Part shown: positions 27,551-38,858 of the stretch, one piece after another
Layout: each line of letters opens with the position of its first letter
How positions within the stretch are numbered: position 1 is the stretch's first letter
Source of the DNA: Basidiobolus meristosporus CBS 931.73
Lineage: Eukaryota; Fungi; Basidiobolomycota
Direction: 5' to 3'
DNA length: 64,000 nt
Assembly: GCA_002104905.1 (NCBI GenBank)
Contig: MCFE01000078.1
Span: 117,023 to 181,022, forward strand
Notes under the pieces: generated by a model
What the model saw: only the letters and a program-made list of their open reading frames with translations
Told to the model about the DNA's origin: nothing
The model's database searches: none
Made by a program: the position numbers and the translations under genes

Positions 27551-28376
27551 TACCACACATACAGACCAGCCACAACACATTGGAGAAGCCAGAGGTTACC
27601 AAGTAGTTTAGAAGATAATTCAATTCCAAGCTAAATTGGCCCTAACTTGGTCAAGCGGCTCCAAACCTTTCATATAACATCTATAATTAGGTAAATGTCA
27701 GCTTGATCAAACTCCAAGGTATGGGATTTGACTATGTACTCTAATTCCCATATTTGTCAATAGAATTTAGCAAAGTAGTAATAGTGACAACTACTTAGGT
27801 TTATTTACTCATGGTTTACTCACATCGAACTAGTCCACTTTGGTTAGATCATATTATAAGAACTTTGAAATATCCATATCATCTCAACACTATTAAAGGA
27901 TAGTACAGCATGGTTCTAGTTGTTACGGAATTGAGTCACATGGTATATACACTCCCAATGACCCTGTTCCAAAACGGTTCTCAATCGTAGCTTGACCAAA
28001 GACGGTTTGGGCATCCTTTCAGTTTGCAACCTCTATGATCAGTACATGGCTTTATCAATTTAGTAACGTTGTGTCTCCGTATCGGTGATTGTATCTCTGG
28101 TGTATAGAAGCTACCGAACCTTCTAGGTAGTGTAATGTATACTTCGAAATCCACGCTCGGCGTGCTCGTTTCAGCGTACACCATTGTAGCTGATCCCAGA
28201 ATTCATTCGACTGAGGTGATTAGTGACTTCCATATCAAGCGTTATCTGGAGGCGAGAATTGAGAATGGCTTATCTGCGTTTTCTGCATTTAATATTGACG
28301 GGTTAGGATGAAGAATATGCACAATGGAATGCGGAAAAAACATATAATCAGGGTTGAAGAATTGATGGTCATCAAA

Positions 28377-31034
28377 ATGAGGTCTACTGTCGCGCTGGTA
28401 GCCAGCGTATTATTTCTCATCAGTGTTGAGGCACTACCGCAGCCACAACTAAATAATGACATCGGTTCTGGAGAAGCACAGCAGTCATCGATATCAACAG
28501 ATAGATATACACCTGTCCCAACCAAGCTGGTGAAGACAGGTATATGCTCTGCGCCACCAGTTCCCGCAGCTTACACCTCAATCAAGCAAAGACCCACCTC
28601 CAAAAGTACGAAAGAAAGCCCAACAGGGAGCACCTTCGCATCCAATCACCTTACTCCCACATCTAAATTGCGGCTATTAACCACACATTCGGTGCAGAAA
28701 AGTGAATGTTTTCGACCACCGATACCCTCAACACAGGCCGCTGAGCCTCGACCCACCTTGAACAATTCAAGCAGGACGGTGAGCGGTACAACTGCATACA
28801 AAGCGTCACCAATACGAACACGTTCGGTGCCGACAAGTGAATGCTCTCAACCACCAGGACCTCCAACATATTCCACCACTAGCACAGCAAATACCGAGAA
28901 GAGCACACATGTGAAGGCAACAGTAGTGCCCTCATATTCTGCGCGGCAGAGCGAATGCTCTCAGCCACCATCACCCCCAACGTACGCCTCCATTAATCCT
29001 AGACCTACTGCAAAGAGCACTAACGGACTGGAATCCAGAAGCAACATTGAATCCAAGCATGTTACTTCTACACCCAGGGTGTCACTATTGCCAAACCACT
29101 CAGTACAGCAAACCGAATGCTCACAACCACCCGCTCCCCCAGCGTATACTTCCGTTAAACCTGGACCTGCTGAAAAGAGCGCTCAGGAAAGGGTAACAGG
29201 GAGTGAAATCGATTCGAAGCGTCCCACTTCTACATCCAAAGCGCCACTAGTGCCCACACACTCAGCGAAGCAAAGTAAATGCTCACAACCGCCTGCACCC
29301 CCAACGTATACCTCCTCAAGGCTTGGACCTACCGTAAAGAGCGCTCAAGTTAAGCCAACAAGGAGTGGAGTCGACCCAATGCACGGTACTCTTATGTCAA
29401 AAGCGTCACTAGTACCCACGCATTCTGAGCATCAGACCAGGTGCTTGAAGCCACCAGCCCCCCAAACGTATACTTCCCTTGAGCCGAGATCCACTGCACA
29501 GAGCACTCACCGGCTGGCCTCCAGAAGCAACATTGATTCCCCGCATGTTGCTTCTACATCCGTGGTTCCACTAGTGCCCACGCACTCTGTGCAGCAAAGC
29601 GAATGTTCACCGCCACCGGCTCCCCCAACCTATACTTCCATTAAACGTAGCCCTACTGTAAAGAGCGCTCAGGCAAAGGTAACAGGGAGTGAAATCAATC
29701 CGAAGCATGCTACTTCTACATCCACAGCGCCATTAGTGCCCACGCACCATGGGCAGCAAAGCGAGTGCTCACAGCCACCTGCTCCCCCAGCGTATACTAC
29801 CATTAAGCCTAGACCTACTGCTGAGAGCACTCAAAGAAGAGTACCAGGGAGTGAAGTCAATTTCAGGCATGCTTCTTCTGTGTTCAAGACTTCAGTGGTG
29901 CCCACGCATTCTGTGCAGCAGAGCGAATGTTCACCGCCACCAGCTCCCTCAACTTATGCTTCCATTAAGCCAAGACCTACCGCCAAGAGCGCTCATAGAA
30001 TAACAACAGAGGGTGTAATTGATGCCAAGCATGCTTCTTCTGCGTCCCAGACTTCATCAGCCCCCCAAACGTATACTTCCATTAAGCCGAGATCCACTGC
30101 AGAGAGCACTCACCGGCTGGCCTCCAGAAGCAACATTGATTCCCCGCATGTTGCTTCTACATCCCAGGCTTCACTATTGCCCACGCATTCTGTGCAGCAA
30201 AGCAAATGCTCACCACCACCGGCTCCCCCAACGTATACCTCCTTTAAGCCTATACCTACCGTAAAAGGCACCCAAACAGTGGCAACAGAGAGCGAGGTCG
30301 ACTCTATACACGCATCTCCTACTTCAAAGGCCTCACTAGTACCCACGCATTCTGAGCATCAGACCAACTGCTCGCAGCCACCTGCTCCCCCGACGTATAC
30401 CTCCATTAAACCTAGACCTAGTGCAAAGAGCGCCAAGGGAAGAGCAGGAGGGAGTGAAGTCAATTCGAAGCATGCTGCTTCTACATCCAAAGCGCCACTG
30501 GTGCCCATGCACTCAGAGAAGCAAACTGAATGCTCACAGCCACCTGCGCCCCCAACGTATACTTCCATTAAGCCTGGACCGACCGTAAAGAGCACTCAAG
30601 GAGGGGTGACAGGGAATGAAGCCGATACCATGCACGCTACTTCTACATCGAAAGCGTCACCAGTACCTACCCATTCCGAGAGCCAGAGCAACTGCTCACA
30701 GCCGCCCACCCCACCTATTCATACTTCCATTATGTCTAGTCCTACTGCAAAGAGTACTCAGAGAAGGGCCACAGGGAGTGACATTGGTTCCAGGCATGCC
30801 ACTTCTACGTCCGAAGGCAAATTGGTGCCTACACCATCGGTCAAGCAAAGTGAAAGCGCTCAATCTACTTTGCCCTCAACACATGCCACTGGACCTGCTA
30901 TGAAGAGCCCCGGTGACAGGACCACCACTATTTCTACGCCCAAAGTGCCATCAATGCCGACACATTCGGCGCAGAATAGTGAGTGCCCTCAACCACCTAC
31001 ACCACCAACGTACGTTGCTGAGCCGTCCCTATGA
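28377..31034 (+). CDS. Secreted Pro/Ser/Thr-rich 54-aa tandem-repeat protein, copy 1
   Basis: Signal-peptide-like MRSTVALVASVLFLISVEA from ATG 28377; 162-bp repeats HS.QQSECSQPPAPPTYTSIKP; 15 Cys-containing modules. Confidence 0.85.
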   Translation: MRSTVALVASVLFLISVEALPQPQLNNDIGSGEAQQSSISTDRYTPVPTKLVKTGICSAPPVPAAYTSIKQRPTSKSTKESPTGSTFASNHLTPTSKLRLLTTHSVQKSECFRPPIPSTQAAEPRPTLNNSSRTVSGTTAYKASPIRTRSVPTSECSQPPGPPTYSTTSTANTEKSTHVKATVVPSYSARQSECSQPPSPPTYASINPRPTAKSTNGLESRSNIESKHVTSTPRVSLLPNHSVQQTECSQPPAPPAYTSVKPGPAEKSAQERVTGSEIDSKRPTSTSKAPLVPTHSAKQSKCSQPPAPPTYTSSRLGPTVKSAQVKPTRSGVDPMHGTLMSKASLVPTHSEHQTRCLKPPAPQTYTSLEPRSTAQSTHRLASRSNIDSPHVASTSVVPLVPTHSVQQSECSPPPAPPTYTSIKRSPTVKSAQAKVTGSEINPKHATSTSTAPLVPTHHGQQSECSQPPAPPAYTTIKPRPTAESTQRRVPGSEVNFRHASSVFKTSVVPTHSVQQSECSPPPAPSTYASIKPRPTAKSAHRITTEGVIDAKHASSASQTSSAPQTYTSIKPRSTAESTHRLASRSNIDSPHVASTSQASLLPTHSVQQSKCSPPPAPPTYTSFKPIPTVKGTQTVATESEVDSIHASPTSKASLVPTHSEHQTNCSQPPAPPTYTSIKPRPSAKSAKGRAGGSEVNSKHAASTSKAPLVPMHSEKQTECSQPPAPPTYTSIKPGPTVKSTQGGVTGNEADTMHATSTSKASPVPTHSESQSNCSQPPTPPIHTSIMSSPTAKSTQRRATGSDIGSRHATSTSEGKLVPTPSVKQSESAQSTLPSTHATGPAMKSPGDRTTTISTPKVPSMPTHSAQNSECPQPPTPPTYVAEPSL

Positions 31035-31494
31035 AGCGGTAGTGGGAAGTCTAAGGCTAGTGATAGCAATACGCTGCGTCCAAAGCAATAGTGCTCACGC
31101 TCCCTTACTCTGCAGAAAAGTGTATGGTGCCAGTCACGTTTACCCCCACTAAGCTTGAGTGTATCTTGGAGTGGACTATGTCCATCACTGGTACAGAAAT
31201 CATGGGTATAGAAAAAGCGATTTAATAAATACACCAAGCAATTTTAGGATATCAACTAACTACTTCGTCAACGATGTGCTGCGTGCCATTGAGGAAACAA
31301 AATGTGGTCTGGGTTATGTTGATTGATCCCAAAATACAGGTTTTCCTAAGATATCCAAGCGAAATGGAGTAGTGATTAGTCGGCATCAGCGTCTCTCATT
31401 GGGCATGCACTGAGTGATGGAGTAATTCAGAGTGATTAATAATTGATATCTAGTGTTTATTAATGATTGATGTACAGCGTATATTGGTGGAAAT

Positions 31495-32301
31495 TCAAGC
31501 TTTGTTGAACTTGTCGGTGAATGTGTTAACTGTGCAGTAATTGTAAGAATACCAACTGGCGTCATTACGGTTGCAGTACTGGGAAGTCTTGTTGTATCCG
31601 CCCACTGACATCCATGTACCAACACCGTTGTTAGTGATTCCGTAGCCCCAGCATTGGGATTGGTCAACTTGTGTGAAGTCCATGTAGAAGCCGAAGTTGG
31701 GGTAGTTGAAGTCATCGTCCAGCACGCGGTAGGTCATTTCACTGAAGATCCCGGCGGCCATTTGGTTAGTTGGATTCAATATCTTTTGGACCATCTGGTA
31801 ATCCGATAGCAAGTTGTAGCGGCCAAAGTTGCGTCCTCGAATGCTGCTGACGAGCTGCCATTCACTTCCGTCCTTGACATAGGTGGTGAATACGGCATCA
31901 TTGTGAATGAATTCAAGATCAAGTCGGAGGCGGTACTGAACCCCAGCGCGCCAATCGAATGGGATACCAGCATTGATCCAGCCAGAGCCGGTGGAATCTC
32001 CATTTTCACCCACTTTCACCAGCTCCACCGAGGTGTCACCCCCGTTGTTATTCATCCAGAACCTGAGTGATTTTTTGTCGTTATAGTCGTTGGCAAGGTA
32101 GAAGCTGCCGATGTTGAAGTGGAAAGCGACCCACTGAGCTGACTGGACATCATAGCCTTGCGGGACCTCAAGGTTGGTCTCGACTCTGACAATGGGTGGA
32201 ATATTACCCTCCGGGAAGTAGACGTAGTTCAGCAGATTCGATGCCTTTGCCAGCATCGGCAGGATGGTAATGGCACCGGCGAGGATAGTCTTGAACAGCA
32301 T
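31495..32301 (-). CDS. Secreted 268-aa protein, DUF3472-like beta-sandwich (tentative), copy 1
   Basis: Signal-peptide-like MLFKTILAGAITILPMLAKA; intact intronless ORF conserved in four copies; PFDWRAGVQYRL...WQLVSSIR resembles the DUF3472 pattern from memory. Confidence 0.8.
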   Translation of the reverse strand: MLFKTILAGAITILPMLAKASNLLNYVYFPEGNIPPIVRVETNLEVPQGYDVQSAQWVAFHFNIGSFYLANDYNDKKSLRFWMNNNGGDTSVELVKVGENGDSTGSGWINAGIPFDWRAGVQYRLRLDLEFIHNDAVFTTYVKDGSEWQLVSSIRGRNFGRYNLLSDYQMVQKILNPTNQMAAGIFSEMTYRVLDDDFNYPNFGFYMDFTQVDQSQCWGYGITNNGVGTWMSVGGYNKTSQYCNRNDASWYSYNYCTVNTFTDKFNKA

Positions 32302-35300
32302 TTTGATGGTGCTTGATTATCCTCGTCGACGAGTTTATATATACGAGTCCTAATGCGATGGCTTCCGTTTATGACTTTGGATCTATTCATGCCCTTGTTT
32401 AGAAGATGAACCGTCAATGCCGTTATCAGGCTGTTTATCAGAACGAGCTCTTGGAAGGGAATAAATCCTCACCTATCTGCCTGAATTAATCAGAGATCAT
32501 TGTTCGGAAACTTCCTTCCGTGTGATTAGCAACATTCTAATGTCCAACTTTGGGCACTCTTCTACGTAGATTATGCGCCTTGGAATTTCTCTGGATTACC
32601 ACCCCTTCCAGCTTATCTTTGTTTCATATAAATATAATAATACGAGAGTCGTTCCCATCACTGGAGGAGAATTGAGCACTCCATATGGAGGACAGTGGTC
32701 CAAGGACTCGGATGTTTTCCATGTATGATCATTAGTAAATATATCTGCGATAAATTAAGCAATTGATTCCAGATCTGTGATAGTGTCGGAAGTTATTACC
32801 TGATTCATCAAGCATTCATTTGTGAAATGCCCAGACTTCTGCAGTAAAAACCCATCTAGAGCTCACTAATCAGGAAAAGCTATTCCAAATAACGAAAATT
32901 AGAGTGAGCCATCCCAATTGAAACCAGCCGGAATAGATTGCCCTAATTCGATGTGATGCTGAATGAAACGGGCAAGTGTTTGGCTTTCATTGCTCATCAG
33001 TAAAGCTCCGATTGTTCTATATGCTGTGATACCCATCTTCATAAATATATTAGAAATCAATCGAACGTCCTCTTAGAGGTTTAGAAGAGTTGCAGAAGGA
33101 CGGAATGGTGATAACTTCTTCAAAGCTTAAAATGGCCAGGAAGCTTTGAATGTACCCTTCTATGGCGCATTTCTTATTTGTTTTTCTCAAAAATAGCTTC
33201 ACATGTTTGCACCTTATTCTTGTCCTGAAAAGTGAAAATACTCCTAAATCGCATGGCAACCGCCAACATTCACATTATCCAGAAGACACACACTACACTC
33301 TCAACTTCCATGTAGTACTTTGCAGATGAAATAAACATCAATTGACTAGGCAGTGAGTGAGACTGATCAGCAATAGAAGCTCATCCTTTAGCAGACACTA
33401 AGAAACCATAATCACATCCGCAATTTAGTATTGAAGGCATGAAGTATATGCAAATTGGTACATGTGTTATAAGCAATCGGGTATTGCACCCTCCACATGT
33501 TGTTTGATCCGTAGAAAATATTGCCATTGCTAAAACCTGAAATCGGCTTTAAATTGATTACTCTAGTTGTTTTACATACAGACGTTAAGTGAGCGATCCA
33601 TGTTCTTTTGCGGCTCGGCGACACTTCCCACCATCATTGTAGCAAACTAGCATGATCTGTGATGGCAAAGGTTGGGAAACTACAGATTACTTGGGAGCAA
33701 TGTGATTCAAAAGAGAGCGCTCGTGGCTACTCCCCATCATACCTCCTGGAAACTGATTTGAAACGAGATTAACCAAGTTAGTCTGGTCCTCTTCGGTCTC
33801 AACTGCGCCTACGCAAGTAGCTGTCCATATTTCATGATGGAGGTAGTCAAAATGGCTTAAAAAGCAAGGGGAGATAAACCCAACAAGGCTGCAATGGTAT
33901 GACAGTACTCCTGTACAATCAATAACAGCTTGAAACAGAAATAGACCCAGGTTGCTTCGAGACGCCACCGAGTCCTAAGGTCACCTGAAACAGTCGAGCC
34001 AGTAGTAACAATAGCATGGGCCTAGACCATAAAGACCAAAATAGTCTGCTTCCATTAGCTTGGATTCAACGCATGGACCTGGCAGAAATGCGCGGATCAC
34101 CCCACCACTCATACAGCAACTGATTAACCTGTTTAGTTCAATAACAATCGCAGTGAGCTTGTTTGCTTCGATACAGCTCGTGATTAGCTTAATTTTCCGG
34201 ACAAAATGATGATAAACTTCCGTACTGGATGCCACCCATCGAAATCCGCTACACACTGTTCTGGATTACTATCCTTGGAATATCTGGCCGAATCTTTTGC
34301 TAATCTCAAAATGGCACGCTGTAAAATTATTTCAACCTGAACCGGCCCGAAGTTTTATCATCTGGATTCTGTTAGCCAAGTCACGTTATTTCCACAACCG
34401 GGATCTCATAAGTTGGGAGTGGCCATTTATGATTGGTATGCATGCTGATGAAAGCCCGAACTATCGCACATGTCAACACTACCCCCTGAACTTGGGAAAA
34501 ATGACATTTGGAGTCTGGGAGTCAATCGTATGCTTTCTATAGTGTGACTTTTACTTCTGCAGAAAATCATTAAGTTATACGTTTAAACGAGCCATCTCAG
34601 TGTAGCGCTAAGAAAGTAGAGGAAGGTCACATGTCCACTCGGCCATATCGTGTAAGGATGGAGTGTTCTGGAAGAATATGAAAAATTAAAATAGGCTATG
34701 TTAACACACAAATGTAAAGCGATAACATTATCATAGGTGGCTATCATATAACAATGCGCTTCCATTGCATGTTGAGTTGGGGATGCGAAATAAAAGGATA
34801 TGGTGTCTTTAAGGGAATGTTAATCACCAATCGCCAAGATATTTATTTCAATCAATAAGATCAACGAAGTCTGGTATCATTGAGGTATTTCTTTACAAGT
34901 AAATGCAGAGATAAATGGTGATGAGAAAGCTGATTTAGATTGTGGTAGGAGCGAAGTGTCCTGCAAAAGAAAAAGTACAAGACCCAAATGTTGACCAAAG
35001 ATAGGTAAACTACCATAAACCCAACTTACTCGAATATTAGGAATAAGCTGCTAATTTAATGCTCAGGGGACAAGACCAAAAAGAATGCATGAAATGCAAT
35101 GGAAGAAACCTGTCATACATCATCACCGCAAGCTGAGAGCCTTATAGTTATACTTCTATTGCATAATATATTAAGCCCGAAAACGCTTACATCATATTTC
35201 ACTCGCAGCTTACCTGGATCGAACCATTCCACTTTGATTAGATCCAATTTTATGAATTCTGAAATATCCACATCATCTCACCACTATTAAAGGATAGTGC

Positions 35301-35770
35301 ATCATGGTTCTAGTTGTTACGGAATCGAGTCACATGGTATATACACTCCCAATGACCCTGTTCCAAAACGGTTCTCAATCGTAGCTTGACCAAAGACGGT
35401 TTGTGCATCCTTTCAGTTCGCAACTCCTATAATCGGTACATAGCATTATTAATTTAGTAATGCTTGATCGACGTATCAGTGATTGTATCTCTAGTGTATA
35501 GAAGCAGCAGAACCTTCTAGGTGGTGTAATGCATACATCGAAATCCACGCTCGGCATGCTCGACTCAACGGACACCGTTGTAGATGATCCCAGGATTCAT
35601 TCGACAGAGGTGATTAGTGACTTCCATATCAAGCGTTATCTGGAGGTGAGAATTGAGAATGGCTTATCTGCGGTGTCTACATTTAATATTGACGTGTTGG
35701 GATGAAGAATGTGCACAATGGAACGCGGAAAAAACATATAATCAGGGTTGAAGACTTGATGGTCATCAAA

Positions 35771-38356
35771 ATGAGGTCTACTGTCGCGCTGGTAGCCGGC
35801 GTATTGTTTGTCATCAGTGTTGAGGCACTACCGCAGCCACAACTAAATAATGACAGTAACTTGTCATTATTGCCATCTACATCCATTGAGCAAGTCGACA
35901 TCGGTTTTGGAGAAGCACAGCAGTCATCGATATCAACAGATAGATATACACCTGTGCCAACCAAGCTGGTGAAGACAGGTATATGCTCTGCGCCACCAGT
36001 CCCCGCAGCTTACACCTCAATCAAGCAAAGACCCACCTCCAAAAGTACGAAAGAAAGCCCAACAGGGAGCACCTTCACATCCAATCACCTTACTCCCACA
36101 TCTAAATTGCGGCTAGTAACCACGCATTCGGTGCAGAAAAGTGAATGTTCTCGACCACCGATACCCTCAACACACGCCACTGAGCCTCGACCCACCTTGA
36201 ACAATTCAAGCAGGACGGTGAGCGGTACAACTGCATACAAAGCGTCACCAATACGAACACGTTCGGTGCCGACAAGTGAATGCTCTCAACCACCAGGACC
36301 TCCAACATATTCCACCACTAGCACAGCAAATACCGAGAAGAGCACACATGTGAAGGCAACAGTAGTGCCCACACATTCTGCGCGGCAGAGCGAATGCTCT
36401 CAGCCACCAGCGCCCCCAACGTATGCCTCCATTAATCCTAGACCTACTGCAAAGAGCACTAACGGACTGGAATCCAGAAGCAACATTGAATCCAAGCATG
36501 TTACTTCTACACCCAGGGTGTCACTATTGCCAAACCACTCAGTACAGCAAACCGAATGCTCACAACCACCCGCTCCCCCAGCGTATACTTCCGTTAAACC
36601 TGGACCTGCTGAAAAGAGCGCTCAGGAAAGGGTAACAGGGAGTGAAATCGATTCGAAGCGTCCCACTTCTACATCCAAAGCGCCACTAGTGCCCACACAC
36701 TCAGCGAAGCAAAGTAAATGCTCACAACCGCCTGCACCCCCAACGTATACCTCCTCAAAGCTTGGACCTACCGTAAAGAGCGCACAAGTAAAGCCAACAA
36801 GGAGTGGAGTCGACCCAATGCACAGTACTCTTATGTCAAAAGCGTCACTAGTACCCACGCATTCTGAGCATCAGACCAGCTGCTCGAAGCCACCAGCCCC
36901 CCAAACATATACTTCCCTTAAGCCGAGATCCACTGCACAGAGCACTCACCGGCTGGCCTCCAGAAGCAACATTGATTCCAAGCATGTTACTTCTACATCC
37001 GTGGTTCCACTAGTGCCCACGCACTCTGTACAGCAAAGCAAATGTTCACCACCACCGGCTCCCCCAACCTATACTTCCATTAAACGTAGCCCTACTGTAA
37101 AGAGCGCTCAGGCAAAGGTAACAGGGAGTGAAATCAATCCCAAGCATGCTACTTCTACATCATCAGCGCCATTGGTGCCAACGCACCATGAGCAGCAAAG
37201 CGAGTGCTCACAGCCACCTGCTCCCCCAGCGTATACTACCATTAAGCCTAGACCTACTGCTGAGAGCACTCAAAGAAGAGTACCAGGGAGTGAAGTCAAT
37301 TTCAGGCATGCTTCTTCTGTGTTCAAGACTTCAGTGGTGCCCACGCATTCTGTGCAGCAGAGCGAATGTTCACCGCCACCAGCTCCCTCAACTTATGCTT
37401 CCATTAAGCGCAGACCTACCGCCAAGAGCGCTCATAGAATAACAACAGAGGGTGTAATTGATGCCATGCATGCTTCTTCTGCGGCCCAGGCTTCACTATT
37501 GCCCACGCATTCTGTGCAGCAAAGCAAATGCTCACCGCCACCGGCTCCCCCAACGTATACCTCCTTTAAGCCTATACCTACCGTAAAAGGCACCCAAACA
37601 GTGGCAACAGAGAGCGAGGTCGACTCTATACACGCATCTCCTACTTCAAAGGCCTCACTAGTACCCACGCATTCTGAGCATCAGACCAACTGCTCGCAGC
37701 CACCTGCTCCCCCGACGTATACCTCCATTAAACCTAGACCTAGTGCAGAGAGCGCCAAGGGAAGAGCAGGAGGGAGTGAAGTCAATTCGAAGCATGCTGC
37801 TTCTACATCCAAAGCGCCACTGGTGCCCATGCACTCAGAGAAGCAAACTGAATGCTCACAGCCACCTAGGCCCCCAACGTATACTTCCATTAAGCCTGGA
37901 CCGACCGTAAAGAGCACTCAAGGAGGGGTGACAGGGAATGAAGCCGATACCATGCGCGCTACTTCTACATCGAAAGCGTCGCCAGTACCTACCCATTCCG
38001 AGAGCCAGAGCAACTGCTCACAGCCGCCCACCCCACCTATCCATACTTCCGATATGTCTAGTCCTACTGCAAAGAGTACTCAGAGAAGGGCCACAGGGAG
38101 TGACATTGGTTCCAGGCATGCCACTTCTACGTCCGAAGGCAAATTGGTGCCTACACCATCGGTCAAGCAAAGTGAAAGCGCTCAATCTACTTTGCCCTCA
38201 ACACATGCCACTGGACCTGCTAGGAAGAGCCCCAGTGACAGGACCACCACTATTTCTGCGCCCAAAGTGTCATCAATGCCGACACATTCGGCGCAGAATA
38301 GTGAGTGCCCTCAACCACCTACACCACCAACGTACGTTGCTGAGCCGTCCCTATGA
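35771..38356 (+). CDS. Secreted 54-aa tandem-repeat protein, copy 2
   Basis: Very close to copy 1; has a 12-aa N-terminal insertion and lacks copy 1's 36-aa partial module. Confidence 0.85.
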   Translation: MRSTVALVAGVLFVISVEALPQPQLNNDSNLSLLPSTSIEQVDIGFGEAQQSSISTDRYTPVPTKLVKTGICSAPPVPAAYTSIKQRPTSKSTKESPTGSTFTSNHLTPTSKLRLVTTHSVQKSECSRPPIPSTHATEPRPTLNNSSRTVSGTTAYKASPIRTRSVPTSECSQPPGPPTYSTTSTANTEKSTHVKATVVPTHSARQSECSQPPAPPTYASINPRPTAKSTNGLESRSNIESKHVTSTPRVSLLPNHSVQQTECSQPPAPPAYTSVKPGPAEKSAQERVTGSEIDSKRPTSTSKAPLVPTHSAKQSKCSQPPAPPTYTSSKLGPTVKSAQVKPTRSGVDPMHSTLMSKASLVPTHSEHQTSCSKPPAPQTYTSLKPRSTAQSTHRLASRSNIDSKHVTSTSVVPLVPTHSVQQSKCSPPPAPPTYTSIKRSPTVKSAQAKVTGSEINPKHATSTSSAPLVPTHHEQQSECSQPPAPPAYTTIKPRPTAESTQRRVPGSEVNFRHASSVFKTSVVPTHSVQQSECSPPPAPSTYASIKRRPTAKSAHRITTEGVIDAMHASSAAQASLLPTHSVQQSKCSPPPAPPTYTSFKPIPTVKGTQTVATESEVDSIHASPTSKASLVPTHSEHQTNCSQPPAPPTYTSIKPRPSAESAKGRAGGSEVNSKHAASTSKAPLVPMHSEKQTECSQPPRPPTYTSIKPGPTVKSTQGGVTGNEADTMRATSTSKASPVPTHSESQSNCSQPPTPPIHTSDMSSPTAKSTQRRATGSDIGSRHATSTSEGKLVPTPSVKQSESAQSTLPSTHATGPARKSPSDRTTTISAPKVSSMPTHSAQNSECPQPPTPPTYVAEPSL

Positions 38357-38858
38357 AGCGGTAGTGGGAAGTCTAAGGCTAGTGATAGCAATATGCTGCG
38401 TCTTAAGCAATAGTGCGCACGCTCCCTTACTCTGCAGAAAAGTGTATGGTGCCAGTCACGTTTACCCTCACTAAGCTTGAGTGTATCTTGGAGTGGACTA
38501 TGTCCATCACTGGTACAGAAATGAAGGGTATAGAAAAAGCGATTTAATAAATACACCAAGCAATTTTAGGATATCAACTAACTACTTCGTCAACGATATG
38601 CTGCGTGCCATTTGAGGAAACAATACGTGGTGTGGGTTATGTTGATTGATCCCAAAATACAGGTTTTCCTAAGATATCCGAGCGAAATGGGGTGGAGTGA
38701 TTAATCGACATCAGTGTCTCTCATTGGTCATGGGCAAAGTGATAGGTGATCAGTGTCTAGTTGAGCATGCACTGGGTAATGGAGTAATTCAGAGTGATTA
38801 ATAATTGATATCTAGTGTTTATTAATGATTGATGTACAGAGTATATATTGGTGGAAAT

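Noticed and set aside
28308-28376. Longer N-termini (MKNMHNG...) given by the ORF track for the repeat proteins
   Set aside because: The signal-peptide-like sequence starts at the downstream MRSTVAL; in unit 3 the upstream frame is broken while the downstream start is kept.
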